Origin: a virus
Taxonomy: Duplodnaviria; Caudoviricetes
Virus record (IMG/VR): IMGVR_UViG_3300048894_000062
Location: 1-62,296 of that record
Strand: one strand, 5' to 3'
DNA length: 62,296 nucleotides
A program made the position numbers and the translations under genes. Under the pieces are notes generated by a model that worked only from the letters and a program-made list of their open reading frames with translations, ran no database searches and was not told where the DNA came from. Shown in pieces: positions 1 to 8,290 of this stretch (the first letter of the stretch is position 1; every line of letters begins with the position of its first letter).

Positions 1-127
1 ACCATCTGGTCGGCTACGATGAGCCGCGTCCTGATGCAAAGCTTGTCCACTTCACGCAAGGTGTCCCGATGTTTCCGGAAACCAAGGACTGCGAGTACGC
101 CGAAGAGTGGAAGAAATATGCTCAGAC
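1..127. repeat. Terminal direct repeat (copy 1); circular-assembly overlap
   Basis: 1-127 is identical to 62170-62296; 127 nt is a typical assembler k-mer overlap. Confidence 0.97.
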
Positions 128-218
128 CTCTGTTGGCTCAGTTCCATGGAGTGATCTGATGGGAAATTCGGTTCATGCAAAGCCTGTGCTGGACCGTCTA
201 AAAACCAAGGCAGCGTAA
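1..218 (+). CDS. C-terminal part of the GT-A (GT8/CDI-like) glycosyltransferase that starts at 61725
   Basis: Frame reads HLVGYDEPRPDAKLVHFTQGVP...LKTKAA, stop TAA 216-218; continuous with the 61725 ORF across the junction. Confidence 0.85.
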   Translation, partial: HLVGYDEPRPDAKLVHFTQGVPMFPETKDCEYAEEWKKYAQTSVGSVPWSDLMGNSVHAKPVLDRLKTKAA

Positions 219-229
219 GGAGAATACAA

Positions 230-442
230 GTGAGAAAGCACACATCTGGTACGTCTCGCCCGCATGGCGAAATGGTTGGCGCTGGCCCACGGGCCGGAGC
301 CGGTTTTGTTCGTATGGCAAGTCCGAGCGGTTCCGTTAGCCCGCAGAACAAGCGCACGAAGATGAAGCCTGCTGGCGGTAAGTTCAGCGTTGGCAGCGGA
401 AGCAAGCCAAAGGGCATGAGCGTATATCGTCAGGGCGAGTAA
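230..442 (+). CDS. Small basic protein
   Basis: AAGGAG RBS before GTG; K/R/G/S-rich; abuts the next gene. Confidence 0.6.
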   Translation: MRKHTSGTSRPHGEMVGAGPRAGAGFVRMASPSGSVSPQNKRTKMKPAGGKFSVGSGSKPKGMSVYRQGE

Positions 443-1111
443 TTGGCCGCTGACACGACTTTCGGAGACCTTGCCAACCGCATTGCGGACGAGCTTGGTG
501 CCCGAACGGACCTTCTTGTTGCATCAACTGGACTGACAGACTCGCCAATCCAACTGGCGATTCTGGATGCGGTATCCTATTGGGCAAACGAGCGGTTCTA
601 CTTCAATGAGTATAGAACTGCTGGCGCGTTCAGTACGGTAGCGGGTCAGGAGTTCTATACGTCGGCGGATTGGGCGGATATCGCGACCATCCTGCACATC
701 GACAAGCTGTCAGTTCTCATCAGTGGAAACCGGTATTTCATGGTCCCTAGGACCGAGGAATATCTAGAAGATATTTCCATCAATCCAAGCTGGCGCGGGC
801 AACCTGTCGATTACGCCTACTACAACTTCCAGCTTCGCTTCTATCCGATCCCAGATAACGCATATCCCGTAAACGTGCTGGGAACAAAATACTTCGCCGC
901 CCTATCGGGAGCATCGGATACCAACGTCTGGACGACCACTGCTGAGCCGATGATCCGGGCCACGGCGAAGATGTACCTCTACCGCGATACTCTTCAGGAC
1001 GACGCACGCGCTCAGGCGATGGCTCAGGCCATGCAGTTTGAATACTCGTCACTCAAGGGCGGAACATTCAAGAAGGCGGCTGGCACACGCATGAAGCCGA
1101 CCATGTTCTGA
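443..1111 (+). CDS. Head-to-tail adaptor (tail tubular A-like)
   Basis: TTG start; N-terminal TFGDLANRIADEL helix and G.P.DYAYY...LRFYPIPD.AY motif typical of podophage adaptors; position. Confidence 0.75.
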   Translation: MAADTTFGDLANRIADELGARTDLLVASTGLTDSPIQLAILDAVSYWANERFYFNEYRTAGAFSTVAGQEFYTSADWADIATILHIDKLSVLISGNRYFMVPRTEEYLEDISINPSWRGQPVDYAYYNFQLRFYPIPDNAYPVNVLGTKYFAALSGASDTNVWTTTAEPMIRATAKMYLYRDTLQDDARAQAMAQAMQFEYSSLKGGTFKKAAGTRMKPTMF

Positions 1112-2682
1112 TGGGCAAAATCGTCCGACTTGGGATCAAAGAGTATTGCCCTGACATGCCAGTGACCGGCGCAGGCGTGACCAGTGTGGCTCTCAATGTG
1201 ATGCCACTGACACAGGAGTCTTACGGGCCAATTAGTTCATTCCTAGCCTACTCGACCAGCCCACTTCCTGCACGCTGCCAAGGAGCCTATGGCGGCATTG
1301 ATCCAGCGGGCAATGTGAGTGTGTTCGCAGGGACGGCAACCGATCTCTACCAGATGCAAGTCGGGGCGACGACGTTCACGAACGTCAGTAAGTCGGTCGG
1401 CGCATATACATGCCCGGCTGATGAGTTTTGGAGCTTCACGCTATTCAATCAGCGTGCGATTGCCTGCAACATTGTGGACCCAGTGCAAACCTTCGTTCTT
1501 GGCACGGACACTAAGTTCTCCGATCTGTCGCCAGACGCACCTAAGGCACGCTACGCCACAACATCGAAGAATTTCTTAATCCTTGCAAACACAGCCGATC
1601 CTATCGGTGGAGAGGCTCCATGGCGCGTGTGGTGGTCTGGGCTAGGCGATCCTACGTCATGGCCTACACCGGGTTCGTCTGCGGCAGCGGCAGCGCAGTC
1701 TGACTACAATGACACCTTCGGTGAAGGAGGTCAGATCACAGGGCTTATCGGAAATCTTGGTACAGCCGATGCTGCTGTGTTCTTTGAGCACGCCGTATGG
1801 CGCATGATCTATGTTGGCCCTCCAGCGGTCTTCAACTTCGTCTCGGCGGAAGGTGTTCGCGGCACGTCAGCACCTAACTCCATCGTGCAGCTTGGCGCGG
1901 TGTGTTTCTATCTCGGTGAAGACGGCTTCTATATGTTCGATGGGACAAACTCTGTCCCCATCGGGGCTCACAAAGTTGACAAGACGTTCTTCGCAGACAT
2001 CGATGCCTCCGGAATGCCGCGTGTTACCGGCGCAGTCGATCCTCTTAACAAATTGGTGATGTGGGCTTATCCTGGTGCTGGAAATGCCAATCTCAATCCG
2101 AACAAAGTCATCATCTACAATTGGACGACCCAACGATGGGCTATTGCTGAAATCACGCTGGAACTTATCTTCCGCGCCTTCACATTTGGCTACACGCTCG
2201 ATGGCTTGGACGTGACCGGCTATAACATGGAGACGCTTCCGTTCTCGCTCGACTCTCGCGTTTGGGCAAAAGGACAAGTTCTTCTTGGCGGGTTCGACAC
2301 ATCCCACAACCTTGGCTATCTAACCGGTCCAAATCTTGCCGCCACCGTCGAAACGGAAGAAGTCAATCCGTTTGTCGGGCAAAGAAGTTTCATCAGAAAC
2401 ACTCGCCCGATCACTGACGTTTCATATGGCACCATTCCTAGCCCGCTGGCTGGGGTATCAGTTGCCATTGGCACACGCGATGTTCTCAACACGTCTCCGC
2501 TTGGGCCAGACACTACGCCAACGGTGACTTATACGACTGCCGTTGATGTTAATTCTCTTGGAACGTGCCCACAGAGAGCTTCTGGGCGCTTCTTCCGGGC
2601 AAGAATCGCAACGAGGGCTGCCGCAACCTTCTCGCACATTCAGGGAGTCGAAGTTGACTGTGACGCGCTTGGTGTTCGATGA
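1111..2682 (+). CDS. Tail nozzle / packaged-DNA stabilization protein (P22 gp10 / tubular B-like)
   Basis: 523-aa beta-rich protein directly after the adaptor; VWWSGLGDPTSW and GTSAPNSIV motifs. Confidence 0.75.
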   Translation: MGKIVRLGIKEYCPDMPVTGAGVTSVALNVMPLTQESYGPISSFLAYSTSPLPARCQGAYGGIDPAGNVSVFAGTATDLYQMQVGATTFTNVSKSVGAYTCPADEFWSFTLFNQRAIACNIVDPVQTFVLGTDTKFSDLSPDAPKARYATTSKNFLILANTADPIGGEAPWRVWWSGLGDPTSWPTPGSSAAAAAQSDYNDTFGEGGQITGLIGNLGTADAAVFFEHAVWRMIYVGPPAVFNFVSAEGVRGTSAPNSIVQLGAVCFYLGEDGFYMFDGTNSVPIGAHKVDKTFFADIDASGMPRVTGAVDPLNKLVMWAYPGAGNANLNPNKVIIYNWTTQRWAIAEITLELIFRAFTFGYTLDGLDVTGYNMETLPFSLDSRVWAKGQVLLGGFDTSHNLGYLTGPNLAATVETEEVNPFVGQRSFIRNTRPITDVSYGTIPSPLAGVSVAIGTRDVLNTSPLGPDTTPTVTYTTAVDVNSLGTCPQRASGRFFRARIATRAAATFSHIQGVEVDCDALGVR

Positions 2683-3023
2683 CCGGCACGTCCAGTCCAG
2701 CATACCAAGGCGTGGCACCTTGGATCGTAAACGAGTCCCAGCACCGCCGCGACATGGCGCGCACAATCAATGCGCTTCTTATCGGCAAGCTCAACATCAC
2801 GTCTGATATTACGTTCACGCCAAGCTCAACAAGCACGACAATCACAGACCCTCGCATCGGCTACACGACCGCAATCATTCCGGCGATGCCTCTCAGCGTA
2901 AACGGTGCCATTGCCCTCGATTCCGGCATTTGGTTCGACGCTCCGAAAACTGGGTCTGTTATCTGTCACCACGCCGCCGCTGTCGCTGCGGACCAAACAA
3001 TCCGTTTCATCTTTATCGGCTGA
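2679..3023 (+). CDS. Small virion/tail protein
   Basis: ATGA overlap with the nozzle gene; Thr-rich. Confidence 0.6.
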   Translation: MTGTSSPAYQGVAPWIVNESQHRRDMARTINALLIGKLNITSDITFTPSSTSTTITDPRIGYTTAIIPAMPLSVNGAIALDSGIWFDAPKTGSVICHHAAAVAADQTIRFIFIG

Positions 3024-3026
3024 TCC

Positions 3027-4397
3027 ATGCCTGACACTCCAACCGGCTTTTTTGGTCAGGGAACGCTTCCCGGCATGTTCTCCACGGGCGGAGGACTGAC
3101 GCCCGGCACCATGTTTGGGGCTACGTCTCCTACGGCTCCGATGTATCAGCCGCCGAGACAGATGAACCTCATTCGTGATCCGAACAATCCTAACAGGGCA
3201 AAAATCGTCTGGAGCGATCCGCAGAATCCGGTGGGGCCTATTGCGCCGCCGCCTACCAATCCGTTTATTATGCCACCTGTTTCTCCAACAGCGCCAACGG
3301 GGGGCGGAGGTGGCCCGACACCAAGCCAGCCGGATTGGACCACACTAATCCAAACACTGATCACGGCACTTACTGGTGGCGGCCAACAGCCTTCTACGTC
3401 CACACCACCTCCATCTACTGCGCCTGAATCTCCTCAGGTACTAGATCAGTCGCCCACGCCGCTCACCGCGCCAAGCACGACTACTGACACGCCATCTACT
3501 GGGACTGACGCTAGCACGCAGCTTTCAAAGCAGACCCCGAACGTCTCCGTCATAGAAGACCCGACGCAAATTGCGGCGGCACTCGCTCCTACACCGGTCC
3601 AAGACTTGTCTCAGGCTGGTAAGATGCCGGGGCTCTACACTGGTGGGCCACTGACGGTTCCGGCGCAGGACTTGACTGGCCTTGTCGGAAATTATCCGAA
3701 CTCTGGTTCCGTGAGTGTGAACGACAACCCGTCTGCGGCTGATATTGCAGCGATGGGTGGCGGAAATCTCACAGCGGGTCTTAATCCAGTGACGGTTACG
3801 CCGTCGGCCCTCGCCAATGGCGGGTTGACTGGTAGCGGCTTCGGGACAAGCTCCACCGAGAAGACTGGCTCTGCAAGTGGGCCTGACACGAACAATCTAG
3901 TGAACCGTGCCATCAACGTTGGCGGGATGTTTGCGCCAACTGGCTATGGTCTTGCTGCTGGTGCCATTAAGGGTCTTGTTGATCAAGTTGCAGGCGGTGA
4001 CACCTACAACAATAACCCTTTTGACAAGGGCGGCTTCTTCCAAAGCCTGTTCGGCAGCGGCGCGCCGCTTGGTGAGCGTCTTGTCGATAATGCGGCTGGC
4101 TATTTCAGCGGCGGCATGCCTATCACGGCAGCGAACGATCCAAATGCCCAGATCGGAAATCAGAGTGCTACCGGTAGTCTTACACCGGGCATGTTCAGCG
4201 GCGCCCCAGCCACAGCCCCAAGCGCGACGTTTGATCCATCACTGATTGGCGGAAACACCTACGGCTCCGGCGCAATGTCAGGCGGCTGGATGTTCCCAAC
4301 CATGAACTACTCAATGGATCAGATGGGCAGCATGCTCGACTTGTCTAGCCTATCGGACGTTATGTCCGCCGCGAAAATGGGCATGGGGGGAATGTGA
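3027..4397 (+). CDS. Low-complexity Pro/Gly/Thr-rich protein, probably virion-internal
   Basis: 456-aa ORF in the structural operon, disordered composition. Confidence 0.55.
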   Translation: MPDTPTGFFGQGTLPGMFSTGGGLTPGTMFGATSPTAPMYQPPRQMNLIRDPNNPNRAKIVWSDPQNPVGPIAPPPTNPFIMPPVSPTAPTGGGGGPTPSQPDWTTLIQTLITALTGGGQQPSTSTPPPSTAPESPQVLDQSPTPLTAPSTTTDTPSTGTDASTQLSKQTPNVSVIEDPTQIAAALAPTPVQDLSQAGKMPGLYTGGPLTVPAQDLTGLVGNYPNSGSVSVNDNPSAADIAAMGGGNLTAGLNPVTVTPSALANGGLTGSGFGTSSTEKTGSASGPDTNNLVNRAINVGGMFAPTGYGLAAGAIKGLVDQVAGGDTYNNNPFDKGGFFQSLFGSGAPLGERLVDNAAGYFSGGMPITAANDPNAQIGNQSATGSLTPGMFSGAPATAPSATFDPSLIGGNTYGSGAMSGGWMFPTMNYSMDQMGSMLDLSSLSDVMSAAKMGMGGM

Positions 4398-4441
4398 TGT
4401 TCTTCAATAGAGGCGGCAAGCCGCAGAAAGAGAAACGCTAA
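4397..4441 (+). CDS. 14-aa minigene MFFNRGGKPQKEKR
   Basis: TGATG overlap upstream and TAATG overlap downstream. Confidence 0.4.
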   Translation: MFFNRGGKPQKEKR

Positions 4442-4863
4442 TGTTCTTCAATCAAATCCCGCCGCAGGGCGGGCCTGCACAGATGCCAATGCCACAGCAG
4501 GGCCAGCCGCCCGGGCCTCCGATGGCTCCCATGTCTCCGGGTGGTCCCCCGGGAATGGGCGGTCCGCCCGGGATGGGAATGGCTCCCCCACAGGGCGGAA
4601 TGCCTCCGGGCCTTGGTGGAATGCCGCCCAGTTTCGGCGGCGGAATGCCGGGTGGGGCGCAGCAGGTAACGCCGGGGCTCGATATCATGAAGCTTCTCAT
4701 GATGATGAAGCAGGGGGGTAATGGCCCCATGAGTGGTGGCGTTGGCGCAGTTCCTCCACCGTCTATGCACATGCCGTATTCGCTCCCTGCTGGCGGTGGT
4801 CAGAACAACGGAATCTACGACCTGATCACTCGGATTCTCGGCAAGACGGGAAATAGCGTCTGA
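4441..4863 (+). CDS. Pro/Gly/Met-rich low-complexity protein
   Basis: Coupled start; PPGMGG repeats. Confidence 0.55.
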   Translation: MFFNQIPPQGGPAQMPMPQQGQPPGPPMAPMSPGGPPGMGGPPGMGMAPPQGGMPPGLGGMPPSFGGGMPGGAQQVTPGLDIMKLLMMMKQGGNGPMSGGVGAVPPPSMHMPYSLPAGGGQNNGIYDLITRILGKTGNSV

Positions 4864-5228
4864 GCGACAGGCCGGAGTGGGACCGCTGCAAGCATTGGAT
4901 TGAAGCGGCCCTAGTCTATACGCGCGGCACGCACGAACTGAGCGATATCGAAGCCGGTATTGAGTCCGGTCAGTTCATTTTCTGGGCTGGAAAAAACTCA
5001 GCCATCATCACTGAGATACTTCAGTACCCACGCAAGAGAGTCCTCAACTACTTCCTCATCGGCGGCGATCTTCGCGAACTACGCGACGACCTCGAACCAA
5101 AGATCACACTCTGGGCCAAAATGAACGGCTGTGATGCCGTGTCTGGAGTAGGAAGGCGCGGCTTCGAACGCGCATTTGCCAAGAGTGGCTTCAAGCTGGC
5201 TTGGCTTTGTATCTACAAGGAAGTCTAG
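4860..5228 (+). CDS. GNAT-fold protein (absent from ORF track; probable CTG start)
   Basis: 122 open codons LSDRPEWDRCKHWIEAAL...IITEILQYPRKRVLNYFLIGGDL...WAKMNGCDAVSGVGRRGF; exactly fills the gap; in-frame TAG at 4854. Confidence 0.75.
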   Translation: MSDRPEWDRCKHWIEAALVYTRGTHELSDIEAGIESGQFIFWAGKNSAIITEILQYPRKRVLNYFLIGGDLRELRDDLEPKITLWAKMNGCDAVSGVGRRGFERAFAKSGFKLAWLCIYKEV

Positions 5229-6203
5229 ATGAGCAAGGGCGGTTCCTCCCCGGCTGGTAACACTACAGTTACCACCAAGTCAGACCCGTGGTCCGGCCAA
5301 CAGCCGTATCTCACGCAAGGATTTCAGGCTGCCCAGAACCTCTTCAATCAGGGTGGCCCGAACTATTATCCCGGTCAGTCCTATGCTGGGCCAACTGATC
5401 TCCAACTGACGGGCATTGAGAACGAGGCCAATCTCGGCCTCAACGGCACGCAGGCTCAGGCCGGAGCTAATGGTGCCCTATCCAATGTTCTAAGCCCAAG
5501 CTGGCTTACGTCTAACCCGTCTAACAGCGGTTATGGCTACTTCGCCAGCGGCGCAAATCTCAGCGCAGACAATCCGTACTTCCAGCACATGGCGGATATC
5601 GTCAAGGCGAATGTGCTGCCGGGTATTCAGGCCACCTTCAACAACGGCAACCGTCTTGATAGCGGGCTGGCGACGCGCGCTGCTTCGGAAGGTCTTGGCG
5701 ATGCCATCGGCAATCTCGCCTACAACAACTACCAGCAGGGCTTGCAGCAGCAGTTCTCTGGCTTGCAGGGCCTCTCGCAGAACTACGAGAACGCCGGACA
5801 GCAGCAGCTTGCGGCTATGGGGCTCGCGCCATCCATCGGCAATCTGGATTACCAGCAGGCTGCTGCACTCCAAGATGCAGGCCAGACGACACAGGGACTC
5901 AATCAGGCCGCTATCAACGACGCACTTGCTCGTTGGAACTTCGGTCAGCAGCAGCCCTATGGAAACCTGCAAAACTACATGCAGAACATCCAAGGCAATT
6001 ACGGTGGCACGCAGACGCAGACGCAGCCGTACTTCACGAACCCGACGGCCAACGCGCTAAGCACCGGTATCGGGGCGTTTACACTCGGCAACGCACTGAC
6101 GGGTGGTCAGTTGTCCAGCGGCCTTGGCAACCTGTTCGGCAATCTATTCGGCAACAACCTCGGTAGTGCCAACTGGGGTGACATTTTCTCAGGACAAGGA
6201 TAA
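5229..6203 (+). CDS. DNA pilot / ejection protein 1
   Basis: Q/G/N-rich, MSKGG..TTT..DPW..QQPYL N-terminus, hydrophobic Gly-rich C-terminus; position. Confidence 0.7.
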   Translation: MSKGGSSPAGNTTVTTKSDPWSGQQPYLTQGFQAAQNLFNQGGPNYYPGQSYAGPTDLQLTGIENEANLGLNGTQAQAGANGALSNVLSPSWLTSNPSNSGYGYFASGANLSADNPYFQHMADIVKANVLPGIQATFNNGNRLDSGLATRAASEGLGDAIGNLAYNNYQQGLQQQFSGLQGLSQNYENAGQQQLAAMGLAPSIGNLDYQQAAALQDAGQTTQGLNQAAINDALARWNFGQQQPYGNLQNYMQNIQGNYGGTQTQTQPYFTNPTANALSTGIGAFTLGNALTGGQLSSGLGNLFGNLFGNNLGSANWGDIFSGQG

Positions 6204-8290
6204 TGCCGGGTTTCTTCGACCTCAGTGATCCACAGTCTTCGCTTCCTCTCCTTGGGCTTCTCCAAGGCTTGGGACAGGCTGCGGCTCCGTCTCGCACTCC
6301 CGTTCCGTTTGGCGAAGTCATCGGCCAAGCGGCACAGGGCTACATGGGTGGGCAACAGGCGGCTCAGCAGGCCGCATCGAATGCTCTTGATATGAAGATC
6401 AAGAACCTGACGCTTGAGGATCGTAAGTCGTCTGCCGACTGGGTGAAGAACTTCTTGGCAGGGCAAAGCCAGCCGATATCGACACCGCCTGCGCCAACTA
6501 CAACGGCTGGTGGTCCTTCCGATCCGAACGCCGTGTTCGATGACTACTACACCAATCACCTCCTGCCACATGAGGGGACGGCGTTTACACATGATCCGGA
6601 CACAGGTGTCCCATCCAAGTTCGGGATCAACCAAGCGGCCAATCCCGGGGTTGACGTAAAGAGCCTCACTGCCGATCAGGCGAAAGATATCACCAAGAAC
6701 CGTTATTGGATTGGGTCTGGTTCAGCCTCGCTCGCAGCAACAAATCCACAGCTTGCCGCCGTGAACATGGAAGCGGCATTCGCCATGGGGCCGGGCGCAG
6801 CCAAGAAACTGCTCGATATGTCTGGCGGCGATCCCCAGAAGTACCTCGCGCTTCTCAAGTCTCACTATCAGGCGATTGCTCAGGCCAATCCGGCTAAGGC
6901 GATGTTCTTGTCCAACTGGATGAAGCGGACTGACGACCTCGGTAAGTTCATTACCACGCTGCCGGGCCAGACGCAGATCGAATCTGGTATCAACGCCGCC
7001 CATGCCATCCCGGCTGGGACACTGGCTGGCGGTGGCAATCCGCAGAATATGACGCCATTTCAGCCTGCGTTCGGGCTTCCGGGTCAACCGACGCAGGTCT
7101 CGGCCCAGCCACCGCAAGCACCTCAGGCCGGTGCCCAGCCTACAGCCGCGCCTCCAGACCTGATGAGACTGACAGATCAGGAAAAGCTGCTTGTCAGTTC
7201 AGAACCAGACCCGACAAAGCAGCGTGCAATGATCTCTGAACTCATTGCCAAGCATGAGCGTCCCATGACGGACGAAGAAAAGCGTGCTCATGGCTACGAT
7301 CCTCGTTGGTCAGTTCAGGTCAATGGTCTTGGCGTTCCTAACGTCATCGACAAGCACGAAAACGACCTTGTTACCATCGGGCCGGAAGACTACGCGAAGT
7401 ACAAGGTGCCGCCGCAGCCTGCTGGAACAACCGTTCAGGTGAATCCGCAGACTGGTGAGTTGCATATCAATCGCCTTCCAGTTGGCTATGCGACTACGGA
7501 TGAGAAGACCACTGACTATCTCGCCCACCGCTATCTGAATGGCGACACATCTGTTCTTCAAGGCCGTGGTCAAGCACAGCGTAATGCGATTACGGCTCGC
7601 GCACAGGCCATCAGCGACGAAATGGGCAGCACGCCAGAAGCCGATATGGCAAGAGGCGCGTTGGTACACGCCAATCAGCAGGCGCTAGGCCGCATTACCT
7701 TCGCTGCACATAACATCAATCAGTCTGAAAATACCGTTATCAAAAATACTGCGGCTGCCCTTGCGGCTGCGCCCCAAGGGGTTGGCCCAACCGGTATGCC
7801 GGTCTTCGACGCTTGGATTCAGGCTGGTCGTAAGGGTGTTGGCGACGATAAGGTCGTGAAGTTCAACGCCTTGATCCAGACAGCCGCCGCCGAATATGCC
7901 CGCGCTATGACGACTGGACCGACAGGCAACGGCGTTCTCTCGGATCACTCGCAGAAGCTTTACAACGACCTACTTAACAACGCCTCAAACCTTCAGCAGT
8001 TGAAGGCAACGTTCGATGCCATGAAAATTGACATGGCAAATCGCGTTTCATCGTATTCGTCTGAGCAGGGAGATATCATCAAGTCTATTGGCGGTGACGC
8101 CACCGTTCTCAAGAAAATTTTTGGCGCTAACGATTCTTCCGCACCTACTGCCGCCCCGACTGGTCAGAAGGTAGTTCAGAAGCCGCAGTCCGAAATCAAC
8201 AGCGATGCAGCCGCCATGGGTATGACTCCGGGTAATTTCCTCTGGTTCATGCGGACCAAGCATGGCGTTCTCATTCAGGCCACTCCGTAA
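6203..8290 (+). CDS. Ejection protein 2 with glycosyl hydrolase 108-like lysozyme domain
   Basis: LLPHEG..THDPDTGVPSKFGINQAAN..VKSLTADQAKDITKNRYW resembles the GH108 signature; followed by ..FLSNWMKR. Confidence 0.7.
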   Translation: MPGFFDLSDPQSSLPLLGLLQGLGQAAAPSRTPVPFGEVIGQAAQGYMGGQQAAQQAASNALDMKIKNLTLEDRKSSADWVKNFLAGQSQPISTPPAPTTTAGGPSDPNAVFDDYYTNHLLPHEGTAFTHDPDTGVPSKFGINQAANPGVDVKSLTADQAKDITKNRYWIGSGSASLAATNPQLAAVNMEAAFAMGPGAAKKLLDMSGGDPQKYLALLKSHYQAIAQANPAKAMFLSNWMKRTDDLGKFITTLPGQTQIESGINAAHAIPAGTLAGGGNPQNMTPFQPAFGLPGQPTQVSAQPPQAPQAGAQPTAAPPDLMRLTDQEKLLVSSEPDPTKQRAMISELIAKHERPMTDEEKRAHGYDPRWSVQVNGLGVPNVIDKHENDLVTIGPEDYAKYKVPPQPAGTTVQVNPQTGELHINRLPVGYATTDEKTTDYLAHRYLNGDTSVLQGRGQAQRNAITARAQAISDEMGSTPEADMARGALVHANQQALGRITFAAHNINQSENTVIKNTAAALAAAPQGVGPTGMPVFDAWIQAGRKGVGDDKVVKFNALIQTAAAEYARAMTTGPTGNGVLSDHSQKLYNDLLNNASNLQQLKATFDAMKIDMANRVSSYSSEQGDIIKSIGGDATVLKKIFGANDSSAPTAAPTGQKVVQKPQSEINSDAAAMGMTPGNFLWFMRTKHGVLIQATP

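Noticed and set aside
1-127. Terminal repeat as the biological DTR
   Set aside because: It falls mid-gene and has a typical k-mer length, so it is best explained as an assembly overlap
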